A stretch of DNA of 64,000 nt, taken from NCBI GenBank assembly GCA_038888155.1, contig JAWAJB010000001.1, positions 288,001 to 352,000 of the forward strand, in the 5' to 3' direction. Within the stretch, counting starts at the first letter, position 1; each line of letters begins with the position of its first letter. This DNA is from Desulfurococcaceae archaeon. GTDB lineage: Archaea; Thermoproteota; Thermoprotei_A; Sulfolobales; Desulfurococcaceae. Shown piece after piece: positions 38,485-48,689 of this stretch. Under the pieces are notes generated by a model that was not told the DNA's origin, ran no database searches, and saw only the letters and a list, made by a program, of their open reading frames with translations. The translations under genes and the position numbers were made by a program.

Positions 38485-39251
38485 TGCTGAAACCCCGGAA
38501 TAGCTTTAACAAATATCCTTGAAAAACCGTGTGACTTCAGTGCTTCAACTATCTTCGACAAGTGCTCGCTGTTGACGCCGCAGTACTCTCTGCTCCACTC
38601 CGAGCTTCGAGGCGACACTAGGGGTTCGCCTAAAAGCGGGTTCACTACAACTGTAGTTTTTTCTGCGCGGAGTTTATCTGCGATTTGAGATATGTAGTGA
38701 GATAAAATCTCGGGGCTGAGCTTCCTATGAACAGGTATCCTCAGCTCTAAGGGTATAGAGAGCTCGCCTACAATTAACAGCGAGCTCAAGAAGTTCTGCC
38801 AGAGCTTTCTCGAAGCGCTAGGGGGTAGCCCGTACAGTTCTTCGGGGGGCGCCTTTAAATCAGTGACTACGTGGTCAACTAATCCCCTCTCGGCGAGGTG
38901 CTTAAATTCGCTGATTAAAGTTAGGTTGGAGTTCAAGCTGCGCGGGATTTCAGCGTTGCCTAACTCTATGAAAAGCTCTGCTAGCTTGTCGTGTTGAAGC
39001 AGCGGCTCTCCGCCAGTGACGTGAAAGTAGTCTATTAGCGCCCTACTTGCGTGAACTTCCTCTAGGATGTTTTTTACGTCAACGTACCTGCACACAGAGC
39101 CTTCAGCGTTTGCTATTCTCCAGTTGTGGCAGAAAGGACAGTTGAGGTTGCAACCGCACAGCCACAGAGTAAAAGAGGGGTGACCGTAAACATCGATAAG
39201 TGAAACGCTCTTCCATCCAGCTATTAATAGCGTTCTTTCTGGGGAGGTCAT
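38481..39251 (-). CDS. nrdG: Anaerobic RNR activating enzyme (radical SAM)
   Basis: CNLNCPFCHN, TGGEPL; adjacent to nrdD. Confidence 0.9.
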   Translation of the reverse strand: MTSPERTLLIAGWKSVSLIDVYGHPSFTLWLCGCNLNCPFCHNWRIANAEGSVCRYVDVKNILEEVHASRALIDYFHVTGGEPLLQHDKLAELFIELGNAEIPRSLNSNLTLISEFKHLAERGLVDHVVTDLKAPPEELYGLPPSASRKLWQNFLSSLLIVGELSIPLELRIPVHRKLSPEILSHYISQIADKLRAEKTTVVVNPLLGEPLVSPRSSEWSREYCGVNSEHLSKIVEALKSHGFSRIFVKAIPGFQQ

Positions 39252-39297
39252 CAGGAATCAGCTGCTACTACCAAAGAGGGATTAATGGCTTTGACCC

Positions 39298-42200
39298 TCA
39301 TAAATTAAAATTGTAGTGCTTCCTAGTCCAGAACTCCTTCCTCCTCTGGGGGTTCCAGTTCCTCAACGGCCTATAGTAGCCTATTATCCTGCTCCAAATA
39401 TCAACGTTGTTGCTACTGCATGATGGGCATGCAGTGTAAACTCCAGTGAACGTCCTATCGCAGCTATTGCAGTGAGTTATTGCTGGCGTGTAGCTCCAGT
39501 AAATTAAGTCCGTCTGTATGAGCTTCTTTGTGAGGGAAGAGAGAGACTCTGGATCTGCCTCCTCGCCTAGGAATATGTGCATCATGACGCCCCCTGTAAA
39601 GTACCTTTGAACTCTCTGCTCGACTTCGACTCTGTCCGGCAACTCCATAGGCGCGTAATAGGGCGCTACGCTACTTGCGTATACAGGGTTTTCGGGCTCA
39701 GGTAAGTATTCGGCGAGCTCGGGGTACTTCTTTAAATCGAGCATCGCTAGTTTAGGCCCCGCAGATTCTCCGGGGACTTCCTCTACGTTCCAAGGAATGC
39801 CTTCCTCTGTCATCCACTTTCTCGCAGCGTTAGTAGCGTACTCGACAATTCTCCTCATGAGATCAGCCGCTCTCAGCCAATTCCTTCTAGGGCCGTCGAG
39901 CCACAAGTTCGGATCTCCCATTAGTATAGCTACTGCCTCCGGCAGGCCTATTAACCCTATAGTGTTGAAGTGAGTTGAGGGAAATTCCGGCATGTACTCC
40001 TGTATCATAGCGTAGAAGTTGGGGTAGTTCTTCATTATATATATGTACCTGTTCCTAAACCAGTCGACTCCCTCCTTTACGAGCATCAAGATCTCGCTGT
40101 ACTTTTCCCAGAACAGGTGCTCTTCTCTCTTGGACTCTAGGGCCAGCCTGGGCAGGTTGACGTCTACTATGTTTACTGACCCTGTGACATCTGGCATAGC
40201 CCATATTCCTCCGAACCTCTGCCTCTCAATAGCTTTCCAGAACTCTTCTTTCAACTCCTCTGCGTCCTTTCTGAGAGAGCTCAGGGAGAGCTTGCTGTTC
40301 ATATACGCGTAGATCATCTCGCTTTTCTGTATGCTGAGCCGACAGCAGTTGTGCGTTACCACTCCGCCGCTGTGGACAAAGTAGTGATCTTCCTCGAGCT
40401 CTAAATCAACGAATAGCTCGTCCTCCTGGAACTCTAGCTCCTCGACACTTGATATGTCCACCCAGACAACGTCGGCGGTGTTCCTGTAGCCCCTTGCGAG
40501 CGCCTCAACGCCATTGTCCAGCTCTTTATCAACAAAGTTGAGGAGCAACTTTATCGTTCCGCCCTCGCAACGCTTGAATTGCGCGTCAACTCCGCTGAGC
40601 GACGCAAGCAAGAGCAAATCTTGTGCGAGCTCCTCGCTCTTAATGCACAGCTCCCACTGCCCTTCCCTGTATTGCCCGATAGAGTCCAGCAAGCCCCTTA
40701 TGAATTGCCTCCTCACGCTTGGGGGGCTGGACCAAATGAACCAAGGAATGCGCTTCTCGTTAAATAGCGGTCTAACGCAGCTACTGTAGAGCAAGTCAGC
40801 GAGCGCGCCGCCAGCTGGTTCAATGTAAGGTTCGCCACCCCAATTGGAGCCTTCACGCGTGCTCAACGGGCACCCTACAACCAGCTCATAGCCGTAGAGG
40901 TAGCCTGTGTTTTCAGGCCCAACTGAATTGACTGGAGAGTATAATCCACTCGTGAAGTGCCTCTCCCTTACTGCTTCCTCTGGCGCTCTCTTCCCAGAAG
41001 GCGAGCTCTGCAAGAGCTCTTCCCTTAGATTCAGGCCTGCTGAGTAGCCAATTAAGTAGCCGAGCCCTTCGTCGAGTGTTGCCGATACACCTCCTTTAGC
41101 GCCCCCAATCTCTAAGTAGGCGTTACTAGTAAGCATCTCTGCCAATGCGACAGGTACTTGGAGCGGCTGCAGCTTGTTGTCGCTGCCTCTAATTTTAAGC
41201 TCGAGTAGCTCAGATGCCATTATTAGCCTAGGCTCCAGCATAGACTCCCCCCTTATGAGGAGGGGGTGGTCATGAGTTACTACGAAAGTCCTCCCGTCCG
41301 CTAGGCTTATTCTAACTGCTCGCCTGCAGCTCTTGGCGAGGAATCTCTTAATTTTCCTCCACGCTACCTTTCCAGTCTCTGGGCTGTACGCTAGAGCCTC
41401 GACATCCCCCCTCGCGCTGTACCACTCTGCGCCGTCCCTTTCTTTGGCCTCGAGTTGGCCGGCGTAATTCTTAAATAAATTCCCTATTGTTGTCGCGCTT
41501 ACAGTGCCCCCGTGCCTGAAAACTACTAGCTCTTTTTCGTGCAGGCACATCGCGTAAGTGGCGTCGGGGTCTACTATCCTAGTATTTAACCAGTAGAAGC
41601 TCCCCCGCTTAGCGGCTGTTTTAAACACTGCTTCGTGTATTTCAGGGTCGTCCCACAGCCACTTAGCTGTTGCCATTAGAGTGGGTATGGGGAAAGTGAA
41701 GGGCTGTCCAACGGAGTCGCCCTCGTAATAGAGCTCTGTCAGTGCCTTAAAGAAGACTTTAGCCTCCCCCTCGTAGTCCCCTAGCGGGCCTGCCTCCTCG
41801 CCGCCGTAGACAGCTTGATCTCCTTCGAGCATTTTCCTAGGAGCGTTCATTGTGACTGTAAAGTTGCTGAAGGGAGTTTGAAGCCCTATTCTCGTCGGGT
41901 AGTTCAAGTTGTAGAGTAGCCTCTGTATCTGCTGCTTAATTTGCTTGTAACTGGGCTTGTCCTTCCTTATAAATGGCCCAGTGTACCACTCAACGCTCGA
42001 GAGCGCTTGAGCGCCAGTGAAGTAGTGCTGCATTGTTATGAGGAAGTTAGCTATGTGATCAACTAGAGTGTCGAAGTGCCTTGCCGGCCGGGATACAATA
42101 GTTATTGTCCTCAAGCCCTTCTTCAAGAGCCTCGAAATGCTGTGCCCCGTGCAGTACGGTATGTAAACGCTGTGGGGCAGTTTGTGCACGTATATTAAGC

Positions 42201-42396
42201 CATCGGCGTGCGACTTAAGGATGCTCTTGGGTAGCAAGTTAACTGCGTCGCGCTCAAGGTACTTATCGAGGAGCCACGCAAAGAATCCGCTTGGCCCCTG
42301 ATATCTATTAGCGTTCTCGTTAACGTCTAGGCGGTTCCAACCAGCGTAATCAACTAACGGGTCCCTGTAGTCAGATTGCTCTGAGCCTTCCTGCAA
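39298..42396 (-). CDS. nrdD: Class III anaerobic ribonucleotide reductase containing an intein
   Basis: ENAN, PYCTG, FTFPIPT, EEVPGES, TGG, C-terminal CxxC...CxxC and glycyl-radical motif SRIIGYYRP. Confidence 0.95.
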   Translation of the reverse strand: MQEGSEQSDYRDPLVDYAGWNRLDVNENANRYQGPSGFFAWLLDKYLERDAVNLLPKSILKSHADGLIYVHKLPHSVYIPYCTGHSISRLLKKGLRTITIVSRPARHFDTLVDHIANFLITMQHYFTGAQALSSVEWYTGPFIRKDKPSYKQIKQQIQRLLYNLNYPTRIGLQTPFSNFTVTMNAPRKMLEGDQAVYGGEEAGPLGDYEGEAKVFFKALTELYYEGDSVGQPFTFPIPTLMATAKWLWDDPEIHEAVFKTAAKRGSFYWLNTRIVDPDATYAMCLHEKELVVFRHGGTVSATTIGNLFKNYAGQLEAKERDGAEWYSARGDVEALAYSPETGKVAWRKIKRFLAKSCRRAVRISLADGRTFVVTHDHPLLIRGESMLEPRLIMASELLELKIRGSDNKLQPLQVPVALAEMLTSNAYLEIGGAKGGVSATLDEGLGYLIGYSAGLNLREELLQSSPSGKRAPEEAVRERHFTSGLYSPVNSVGPENTGYLYGYELVVGCPLSTREGSNWGGEPYIEPAGGALADLLYSSCVRPLFNEKRIPWFIWSSPPSVRRQFIRGLLDSIGQYREGQWELCIKSEELAQDLLLLASLSGVDAQFKRCEGGTIKLLLNFVDKELDNGVEALARGYRNTADVVWVDISSVEELEFQEDELFVDLELEEDHYFVHSGGVVTHNCCRLSIQKSEMIYAYMNSKLSLSSLRKDAEELKEEFWKAIERQRFGGIWAMPDVTGSVNIVDVNLPRLALESKREEHLFWEKYSEILMLVKEGVDWFRNRYIYIMKNYPNFYAMIQEYMPEFPSTHFNTIGLIGLPEAVAILMGDPNLWLDGPRRNWLRAADLMRRIVEYATNAARKWMTEEGIPWNVEEVPGESAGPKLAMLDLKKYPELAEYLPEPENPVYASSVAPYYAPMELPDRVEVEQRVQRYFTGGVMMHIFLGEEADPESLSSLTKKLIQTDLIYWSYTPAITHCNSCDRTFTGVYTACPSCSSNNVDIWSRIIGYYRPLRNWNPQRRKEFWTRKHYNFNL
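40348..41547 (-). mobile_element. Intein (400 aa) with degenerate LAGLIDADG endonuclease
   Basis: Starts CLHEKELV, contains VTHDHPL (block B), ends VVTHN followed by Cys. Removal restores AM-CCRL. Confidence 0.92.
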
Positions 42397-42465
42397 GTAA
42401 ATCCCCTTTACACTACTTCTAAATTGCTTCTTTTAAAAGCATCGCCGTAAGTTTCGCAAGCGTAG

Positions 42466-43167
42466 TTAGAGTTCAAGTATTCCGAGGGCTCTTTCAGCAG
42501 ATGCTATAGTCCTTGAAACTACAACAAATGTAGTTAAGGGCTCCCTGTAAATAGAGTAGCAGTAATCGGCTTGTTCAGCTGTTTTCTCGCTGAAGTCGCC
42601 GTGCGGGAATGCCCCAATGCCAACTGCTAGCTCATCCCTCACTGCCTGCTTAACTACATCGTGAACCGGCTTGTACTCGCAGATCTCGCGTAGAAGTATT
42701 AAGCCTCTAGCGCCTATTGCCTCCACGAGGCGCTTGAGCTCGATTGATTTCAAGTACATTAGCGGCTTGCTCCCTACTGGGGGAACCCTGCCGTGCTGAA
42801 ACAGCTGTTCAATTAATCCTATAAACCTGTTGTAGTTCTTTGTTATCCTCGTCCGTGGATCTACAAATATGCAGTGCCCCCCTAAGGTGTGGACAGCTAC
42901 CCTTAGGAGGCTGTTCTTGTTTAATGGGCTCTCGAGGGCCTCGAGTAGGCTTACGTGTACGATGTCGGGCCTGCCTCTCTTCTCCGCGCCCTGAAGGCTT
43001 TTCATTGCGTGGTAGTGCACGCTGATGTCTAGTAATATCTCGTTGGGCTTCTTTTTGCGCCTCTTAGCTGCCTTCAGCACAGAAGGATGAGTAGCGATCT
43101 CGGGAGGAACTAGCTCGAGAGACGCCTCTAGCAACAATAGCGTGAGCTGTTGCATTGAATAACCCAC
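42466..43167 (-). CDS. nep1: 16S rRNA pseudouridine N1-methyltransferase Nep1/Emg1
   Basis: LELVP, RGRPDIVH, NYNRFIGL, GAFPHGDF. Confidence 0.92.
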   Translation of the reverse strand: MGYSMQQLTLLLLEASLELVPPEIATHPSVLKAAKRRKKKPNEILLDISVHYHAMKSLQGAEKRGRPDIVHVSLLEALESPLNKNSLLRVAVHTLGGHCIFVDPRTRITKNYNRFIGLIEQLFQHGRVPPVGSKPLMYLKSIELKRLVEAIGARGLILLREICEYKPVHDVVKQAVRDELAVGIGAFPHGDFSEKTAEQADYCYSIYREPLTTFVVVSRTIASAERALGILEL

Positions 43168-43232
43168 TTGTTTATGGCATATCTTATCAACGTATTATAC
43201 CCCTCTTTAAGTTATAGTTTTACTGATTTACC

Positions 43233-43586
43233 ATGAAGAAGGGCAGGGCCAAGCTGAGAGCAATAGCCTTAGAGAGAGTGCGCGTTCTATTAGATGCAGC
43301 TGTTTGTAGAGCTAGAGGGGGAGACTTAGACTTAGCTAGAAGGTACGTTCAAGTCGCTTTAAGGATTGCCGGCAAGGCTAAGCTGAAGCTCCCTAAAAGC
43401 ATTAAAAGGGGCTATTGCAGAAAGTGTTTTGTGCCATTGATACCCGGGCTAACGCTTAGCGTGAGGATTCGCAGCGTTGGAAGGGGGTCTAGGGTTGTAT
43501 ACAGGTGTCTTCTTTGCGGTTGGACGAGAAGGTTCATGATAAAGGCTTCAAGGAGAGAGTCAAGGAGAGAGTTGCCGGCAAAGTAG
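43233..43586 (+). CDS. rnp4: RNase P protein component 4 (Rpp21)
   Basis: IALERV, LARRY, CRKC...CLLCG. Confidence 0.92.
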   Translation: MKKGRAKLRAIALERVRVLLDAAVCRARGGDLDLARRYVQVALRIAGKAKLKLPKSIKRGYCRKCFVPLIPGLTLSVRIRSVGRGSRVVYRCLLCGWTRRFMIKASRRESRRELPAK

Positions 43587-43804
43587 ACATGCAACTGGGT
43601 AAAAGCGGCATTACTGCGGGTTTCCTCAGGGAGCTCGAGGCCAGGCTTAAAAGGGGAGGAGTTGTTAAAGTCAAGGTGCTGAAGTCCTTTAGAAGAGCGA
43701 CTTGGGAGAGCATTGATCGCGTCGCTGAGGAGCTCGCGGGAAGAACTAGCTCCCGCATATACGAGATAAGGGGCTTTACAATCACGCTTATAAAGGAAAA
43801 ATAA
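43505..43804 (+). CDS. YhbY/CRM RNA-binding protein
   Basis: QLGKSGIT, VVKVKVLKS, EIRGFT. Confidence 0.85.
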   Translation: MSSLRLDEKVHDKGFKERVKERVAGKVDMQLGKSGITAGFLRELEARLKRGGVVKVKVLKSFRRATWESIDRVAEELAGRTSSRIYEIRGFTITLIKEK

Positions 43805-43852
43805 GCTAAAATCACAGGCGAGGGGAAAAGGCATAGAAATTGGTGTCTCAGC

Positions 43853-44353
43853 ATGGTAACAGCGTTAGATGTACCAGTAGAGGTGTTTATCCCGAAGCTA
43901 GCTACTTACATTAAGGACAATATACCAGAGGTTAAGCCGCCTGTTTGGAGCTTATTTGTTAAAACTGGCTGCTTTAAGGAGAAGCCTCCATCCGACCCAG
44001 AGTGGTGGTATTACAGGGCTGCAAGCGTACTTAGGAAGCTCTACAAGGCGAAAGATCCAGTCGGCCTATCAGAGCTGAGAAGAGATTACGGGGGCAGGAA
44101 GAGGAGAGGCGTAAGGCCGAGCAGGACGCGTAGGGCGCCTGGGAACACCGTGAGGAGGATACTCCATCAGTTAGAGCAAGCTCAACTGGTGAGGAAAACA
44201 AGAGATGGAAGAGTTTTAACCCCTCAAGGGCGGGCGCTTCTCGATAGGATAGCGTTTGAGGTGCTCGTGGACATCGCCAAGGAGAGGCCCGAGTTCGCAA
44301 AATACCTACCTCAGTCAGTAAAGCTTAAGCTGAGTCAAAGTGGTGCTCCATGA
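43853..44353 (+). CDS. rps19e: 30S ribosomal protein S19e
   Basis: [23 protein letters not shown]. Confidence 0.97.
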   Translation: MVTALDVPVEVFIPKLATYIKDNIPEVKPPVWSLFVKTGCFKEKPPSDPEWWYYRAASVLRKLYKAKDPVGLSELRRDYGGRKRRGVRPSRTRRAPGNTVRRILHQLEQAQLVRKTRDGRVLTPQGRALLDRIAFEVLVDIAKERPEFAKYLPQSVKLKLSQSGAP

Positions 44354-44685
44354 GCGATGAGTACTCTGGCTACGACGAAGAGCTCGAAAACATTAGAATG
44401 CGCAAGCTAGCGGAGATGAGAAAGAAGATTGAAGAGGAGAAAGAGAGGAGAGCTAGGATAGAGGCTACGCTGAGGCAGATACTGACTCCAGAGGCTCGGG
44501 AGAGGCTTTACAATCTCAGGCTAGTTAAACCCGAGCTGGCTACTGCCCTTGAGGAGCAGTTAATTCTTTTGGCTCAGAGCGGTAAGGTGCACATCCCAAT
44601 AACAGATGAGTTTTTAAAGAAAATCCTACTAGATCTATATGCTCAGAGCAGTCGAGAGACAAAGATAACTTTCAAGAGGAAGTAG
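44350..44685 (+). CDS. PDCD5-like DNA-binding protein
   Basis: [22 protein letters not shown]. Confidence 0.93.
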   Translation: MSDEYSGYDEELENIRMRKLAEMRKKIEEEKERRARIEATLRQILTPEARERLYNLRLVKPELATALEEQLILLAQSGKVHIPITDEFLKKILLDLYAQSSRETKITFKRK

Positions 44686-44695
44686 GGTGATTTTA

Positions 44696-44854
44696 TTGGC
44701 AAGGTTCAAGCACGTCGCTAGGAAAATTAGATTGGCGGCTGCCCACAACAGCAATAAGCCCGTGCCAGTTTGGGTTACTATGAAGACAAGGCTGAGAGTT
44801 AGAAGGCCCTTTAGGTTGAGGCACTGGAGAAGAGTTAAGTTGAAGAACATTTAG
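44696..44854 (+). CDS. rpl39e: 50S ribosomal protein L39e (not in ORF track)
   Basis: MARFKHVARKIRLA...PVPVWV..KT...RHWRR; TTG start with GGTGA RBS. Confidence 0.95.
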   Translation: MARFKHVARKIRLAAAHNSNKPVPVWVTMKTRLRVRRPFRLRHWRRVKLKNI

Positions 44855-44871
44855 CGTTGAGGTGAGCGTGG

Positions 44872-45171
44872 TTGAGCGAAAAGAAAAGCCTAGAGAGCGT
44901 TCTCGCGGTAATTCCGCTTAAGAGAGTGTACTTTGGCCGCAGAGCGAATCGCGCTGACAGAGCTGTCAGGTTAGTGAGGAAATACGTGCACAGGCACTAC
45001 AAGGAGGCAGAGAGAGTAGTCGTAGACCCTTCATTAAACAAGTACATATGGTCTCGCGGCAGGATAAAACCGCCTAGAAGAGTTCTAGTTAAAATACTGC
45101 TAGATAGGGAATCTAAAGTAGCGCGAGTGCTATTAGCGAGGTCTAGGGGGCAGAAAGCCGCCAAATCCTAG
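44872..45171 (+). CDS. rpl31e: 50S ribosomal protein L31e
   Basis: IPLKRV...RADRAV, LNKYIWSRG..KPP. Confidence 0.95.
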   Translation: MSEKKSLESVLAVIPLKRVYFGRRANRADRAVRLVRKYVHRHYKEAERVVVDPSLNKYIWSRGRIKPPRRVLVKILLDRESKVARVLLARSRGQKAAKS

Positions 45172-45183
45172 TAGGGGTAATCA

Positions 45184-45876
45184 ATGGTCGATATAATAAG
45201 AATGAGCTTTTTCGGAAACTCGAACATAGGTATATACGCGTATGCAAATGACAAAGTGCTTCTCATCCCGCCGGGCTTAAAGGAAGTAGACGTGCGCGAA
45301 ATGGCAAGCGCGCTTGGCGTTGAGCCAATTGAGGCAAAGGTGGCGGGAACTACCTTAAATGGAGTTTTCATAGCTGGCAACAACAGAGCTATTATATTAC
45401 CGCACATTATCTTCCAAGACGAGCTAATGCGCTTAAGGAGCGCAATAAGCGAGAGGGGAGTAGACGTCGAGATCATTGTCTCTGAGAGCAAGTTAACTGC
45501 GCTCGGCAACGTCTTGCTGTGCAATGATCGCGGCTGTATTGGAAGCCCCCTAATCGAGGAGCCAACGCTGAGGAGAATTGAGGACTCCCTTGGAGTTGAA
45601 GTAGTTAAGGCTAGGTTAGTTAACATGGAGGTACCGGGCGGCGTATCAGTTATATCAAACAGGGGCGGAGTTATTCATCCCGACGCGAGCGAAGATGATA
45701 TAAGGGTCCTCAAAGATGTCACTAAGGTAAGCGTAGAGCCGGCTACCGTCAACGCAGGTATACCGTTCGTTAAAAGCGGGATTATTGCAAATAATAAAGG
45801 CGTGGTTGTTGGTGGTATAACTACGGGCCCGGAGATATTTCGAATTAAGGCAGGATTCGAGGGTGGTGGAGTATGA
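45184..45876 (+). CDS. eif6: Translation initiation factor 6
   Basis: GNSNIG, ALGN, TVNAGIPFVKSG, TTGPE. Confidence 0.95.
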   Translation: MVDIIRMSFFGNSNIGIYAYANDKVLLIPPGLKEVDVREMASALGVEPIEAKVAGTTLNGVFIAGNNRAIILPHIIFQDELMRLRSAISERGVDVEIIVSESKLTALGNVLLCNDRGCIGSPLIEEPTLRRIEDSLGVEVVKARLVNMEVPGGVSVISNRGGVIHPDASEDDIRVLKDVTKVSVEPATVNAGIPFVKSGIIANNKGVVVGGITTGPEIFRIKAGFEGGGV

Positions 45877-46136
45877 GCGGGGAAGTTAAGATCTACAGGA
45901 TTACAGGTTACATGTTAGTAAACCACGATAGGCTCCCTACGTGGTTGAAGTTCACCCAAGAGGTAACAGCTTTACACGAGAGGGAGGCGCTAGAGAAGAT
46001 CTACTCCATCCTAGGGAGTAGGCACAAGCTAAAAAGGTACCACATTAAAATATCCGATATTAGAACAATTAGCCCTGCAGAGGCCTCGAAGGCCAATATT
46101 TCGCACATAATGAAGTTAGAGAGGATTGTTAAATAA
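45873..46136 (+). CDS. rpl18a: 50S ribosomal protein L18Ae/LX
   Basis: VKIYRITG, ALEKIYSILGSRHKLKR. Confidence 0.93.
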   Translation: MSGEVKIYRITGYMLVNHDRLPTWLKFTQEVTALHEREALEKIYSILGSRHKLKRYHIKISDIRTISPAEASKANISHIMKLERIVK

Positions 46137-46600
46137 TGAGCTCAAGCAAACAAGAGAAGGGAGCAGGGGAGGCTATAAGCGTAGACGAGCTAGTTGCCAA
46201 GGCGGGCGAGCTAAAAGACCACATTGATACCCTTAACGCTACGCTAAACATTTACTTGAACCAATACCGAGAGATACAGCTTGCATCTGAGACCCTGAGA
46301 AACCTACCTCAAGGCAATTTACAAGGCTACCTAGTCTTGGACAGGCTTTCGAGTGCGCTGGTCCCAGCCAATATAAGCGATAGCTGGTTCAATAGCGTGC
46401 TCGTAAATCTAGGCTTAGGGTACTACGTTAAGGCAGATAGGGATAAGGCCGTTGAGGTGCTATCCAAGAGGGTCCAGGAGCTAGAGAAAGTTATTAACAC
46501 CCTTCAAGCGCAGCAAAAGGCGGCAGTAGAGCAGTACCTCAGCATCCAGCGGCTAATTAACCAAGTTATCGGGGCTCAGCAATCTAAGTCGCAAAAGTGA
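46136..46600 (+). CDS. pfdA: Prefoldin alpha subunit
   Basis: Coiled coils flanking VLVNLGLGYYV; conserved gene context. Confidence 0.88.
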   Translation: MSSSKQEKGAGEAISVDELVAKAGELKDHIDTLNATLNIYLNQYREIQLASETLRNLPQGNLQGYLVLDRLSSALVPANISDSWFNSVLVNLGLGYYVKADRDKAVEVLSKRVQELEKVINTLQAQQKAAVEQYLSIQRLINQVIGAQQSKSQK

Positions 46601-46607
46601 GCTTAAT

Positions 46608-47492
46608 TTGTTGCTAAAGCTAAAGGAAGCCTTTAGGAGATTTATTGACAGTGCTTCAGCTCTACTCTCTTCTAAGGAGAGGCTCCTCGACTCAGTAGAA
46701 GAGCTCAAGCTAGATCTAATTAGCAGAGATGTAGCATACGAAGTCGCGGAAGACATTGCGGCTAAGCTTAGAGACCTAATTGAGGAGGGCGCCATTAAAA
46801 ACAAGGAGAAACTAGCTGAGAGCATTCGCTCTATAATACTTGGCTACTTCAGTGAAGCTAAGCCAGTGGATATAGTTTCAGCCGCTAAAAACAGCAGGCC
46901 GTTTAAGGTAGTATTTATGGGAGTAAACGGTGTGGGCAAAACTACTAGCATAGCGAAGATGGCAGTTTACCTCAGGGGCTTTGGGCTACGACCTCTTATG
47001 ATTGCAGCTGATACCTTTAGGGCAGCTGCACAAGAGCAACTTAAAAGACACTCAGAGAGGACTTCGATCCCCGTTTTCTCTGGCAAGTATGGAGGCGACC
47101 CAGCCGCAGTAGCTTACAGCGGCGTAATGTACGGTTTATCTCGCGGCTTCGATGTGCTACTTATAGATACTGCTGGGCGCATGCACACAGACTCCGATCT
47201 CGTAGATGAACTCAAGAAAATAGTTAGAGTTGTAAAGCCCAATTTAAAAATACTAGTAGTTGATGCACTAACGGGCAATGACGCTGTAGAGCAGGCAAAG
47301 TTCTTCAGCGATGCAGTGGGAATAGATGGATTTATTGTGACCAAGCTCGACGCATACGAGGAGGGGGGCGCCCCTATTTCCTTAGTCTACATTTTTAAAA
47401 AGCCCGTGCTTTTCATAGGGACGGGGCAAGATTATAGGGATTTTAAGCCCTTTAACCCTTCTGAGTACGTAAGCGAGGTGCTCTCTATCTAG
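46608..47492 (+). CDS. ftsY: SRP receptor FtsY
   Basis: GVNGVGKTT, DTFRAAA, DTAGR, TKLD, GTGQ. Confidence 0.96.
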   Translation: MLLKLKEAFRRFIDSASALLSSKERLLDSVEELKLDLISRDVAYEVAEDIAAKLRDLIEEGAIKNKEKLAESIRSIILGYFSEAKPVDIVSAAKNSRPFKVVFMGVNGVGKTTSIAKMAVYLRGFGLRPLMIAADTFRAAAQEQLKRHSERTSIPVFSGKYGGDPAAVAYSGVMYGLSRGFDVLLIDTAGRMHTDSDLVDELKKIVRVVKPNLKILVVDALTGNDAVEQAKFFSDAVGIDGFIVTKLDAYEEGGAPISLVYIFKKPVLFIGTGQDYRDFKPFNPSEYVSEVLSI

Positions 47493-47508
47493 GGGCAGGT
47501 GACTGTTA

Positions 47509-47688
47509 ATGAACTTTAGGGAACTAGTTGAGTCTTGGAGGAAGATCTTGCAAATATCCTCAAAGCCGACTAGAGAGGAGTACTTAGCTATATTGAAAGT
47601 AACTTTTATAGGGCTCACCGCGATAGGAGTAGTAGCCTTTATTATAAGGATAATTTTCTACTCGCTTCTGTTTCCTTATACGGGTTGA
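47509..47688 (+). CDS. secE: Protein translocase SecE/Sec61-gamma (not in ORF track)
   Basis: WRKILQISSKPTREEY followed by a TM helix; lies between ftsY and spt5. Confidence 0.92.
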   Translation: MNFRELVESWRKILQISSKPTREEYLAILKVTFIGLTAIGVVAFIIRIIFYSLLFPYTG

Positions 47689-48173
47689 TTTACATGGACA
47701 AGCTCCAGCCAAAGGCATCTATTTTCGCTGTAAGGACGACATCCGGTAGAGAGCTAGATGTAGCGCTAATCATTGAAAGAAGGGTCCTCGAGAAGAGGGG
47801 CAAGGGCGAAGACCTCGGCATAACTGGCATCGTGGTAGCCCCAGGTGTAAAGGGGTTTGTCTTCGTTGAGACTTTAAAGCCAGCAGAGCTGTACAAGACG
47901 TTGCAGAACATAAAGTACGCCTCTACTAGCAGGCCTCTCAAAATACCTCTACAGGATGTCCTCAACATGCTGAAACCCAAAGAAGTTGTAGAGGAAGTCG
48001 CTGTAGGAGAAGAGGTTGAGATAATGAGGGGGCCCTTTAGGGGGATGAGAGCACGCGTTGTGTCAGTTGATAAAAGCAAAAATACTCTTACAGTAAATCT
48101 ATTAGAGGCAGCTTTTTCAATACCTATAACAATATCCATCAACTATGTAAAAAAGGTAACTAGGGGTGGTTAG
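47685..48173 (+). CDS. spt5: Transcription elongation factor Spt5
   Basis: AVRTTSGRE, KGFVFVE, KOW motif GPFRG. Confidence 0.95.
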   Translation: MIYMDKLQPKASIFAVRTTSGRELDVALIIERRVLEKRGKGEDLGITGIVVAPGVKGFVFVETLKPAELYKTLQNIKYASTSRPLKIPLQDVLNMLKPKEVVEEVAVGEEVEIMRGPFRGMRARVVSVDKSKNTLTVNLLEAAFSIPITISINYVKKVTRGG

Positions 48174-48175
48174 AA

Positions 48176-48685
48176 GTGGTTAAAAAAACGCTCAGGTTTG
48201 TCATAGAGGGAGGGAAAGCTACACCTGGCCCACCTATAGGACCAGCTCTATCTCCGTATAAAGTCAATGTCGTTGACGTTGTGAACTCAATCAACAACGC
48301 CACTAAGGAGTATGCGGGGCTTTCAGTCCCAGTTGAAGTTGCAATAGATACCGACACGAGGAAATACGAAGTTAAAGTTGGTATACCCACTACAACGGCT
48401 CTACTAATGAAAGCTGCTGGGGCAAAGGAACCAACTGGTGACCCTGCGCACCAGAAAATTGGGGACACGACAATAGAGGAGGTCATAAGAGTTGCAATTA
48501 TTAAAAAAGGCCAGCTGTCGGCTAAGACTCTAAAAGAGGCAGTGAAGACTATTCTTGGTACTGCGAGGAGCATTGGCATAACTATTGAAAGCAAAGACCC
48601 CAAAGAAATTATTGAGTTAATAAATAAAGGCCATTATGACGATGTTATATCAAAGTACGAGGAGAATTGGGCAGAGGCGGGGTAA
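48176..48685 (+). CDS. rpl11: 50S ribosomal protein L11
   Basis: GGKATPGPPIGPAL. Confidence 0.97.
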   Translation: MVKKTLRFVIEGGKATPGPPIGPALSPYKVNVVDVVNSINNATKEYAGLSVPVEVAIDTDTRKYEVKVGIPTTTALLMKAAGAKEPTGDPAHQKIGDTTIEEVIRVAIIKKGQLSAKTLKEAVKTILGTARSIGITIESKDPKEIIELINKGHYDDVISKYEENWAEAG

Positions 48686-48689
48686 TGCT

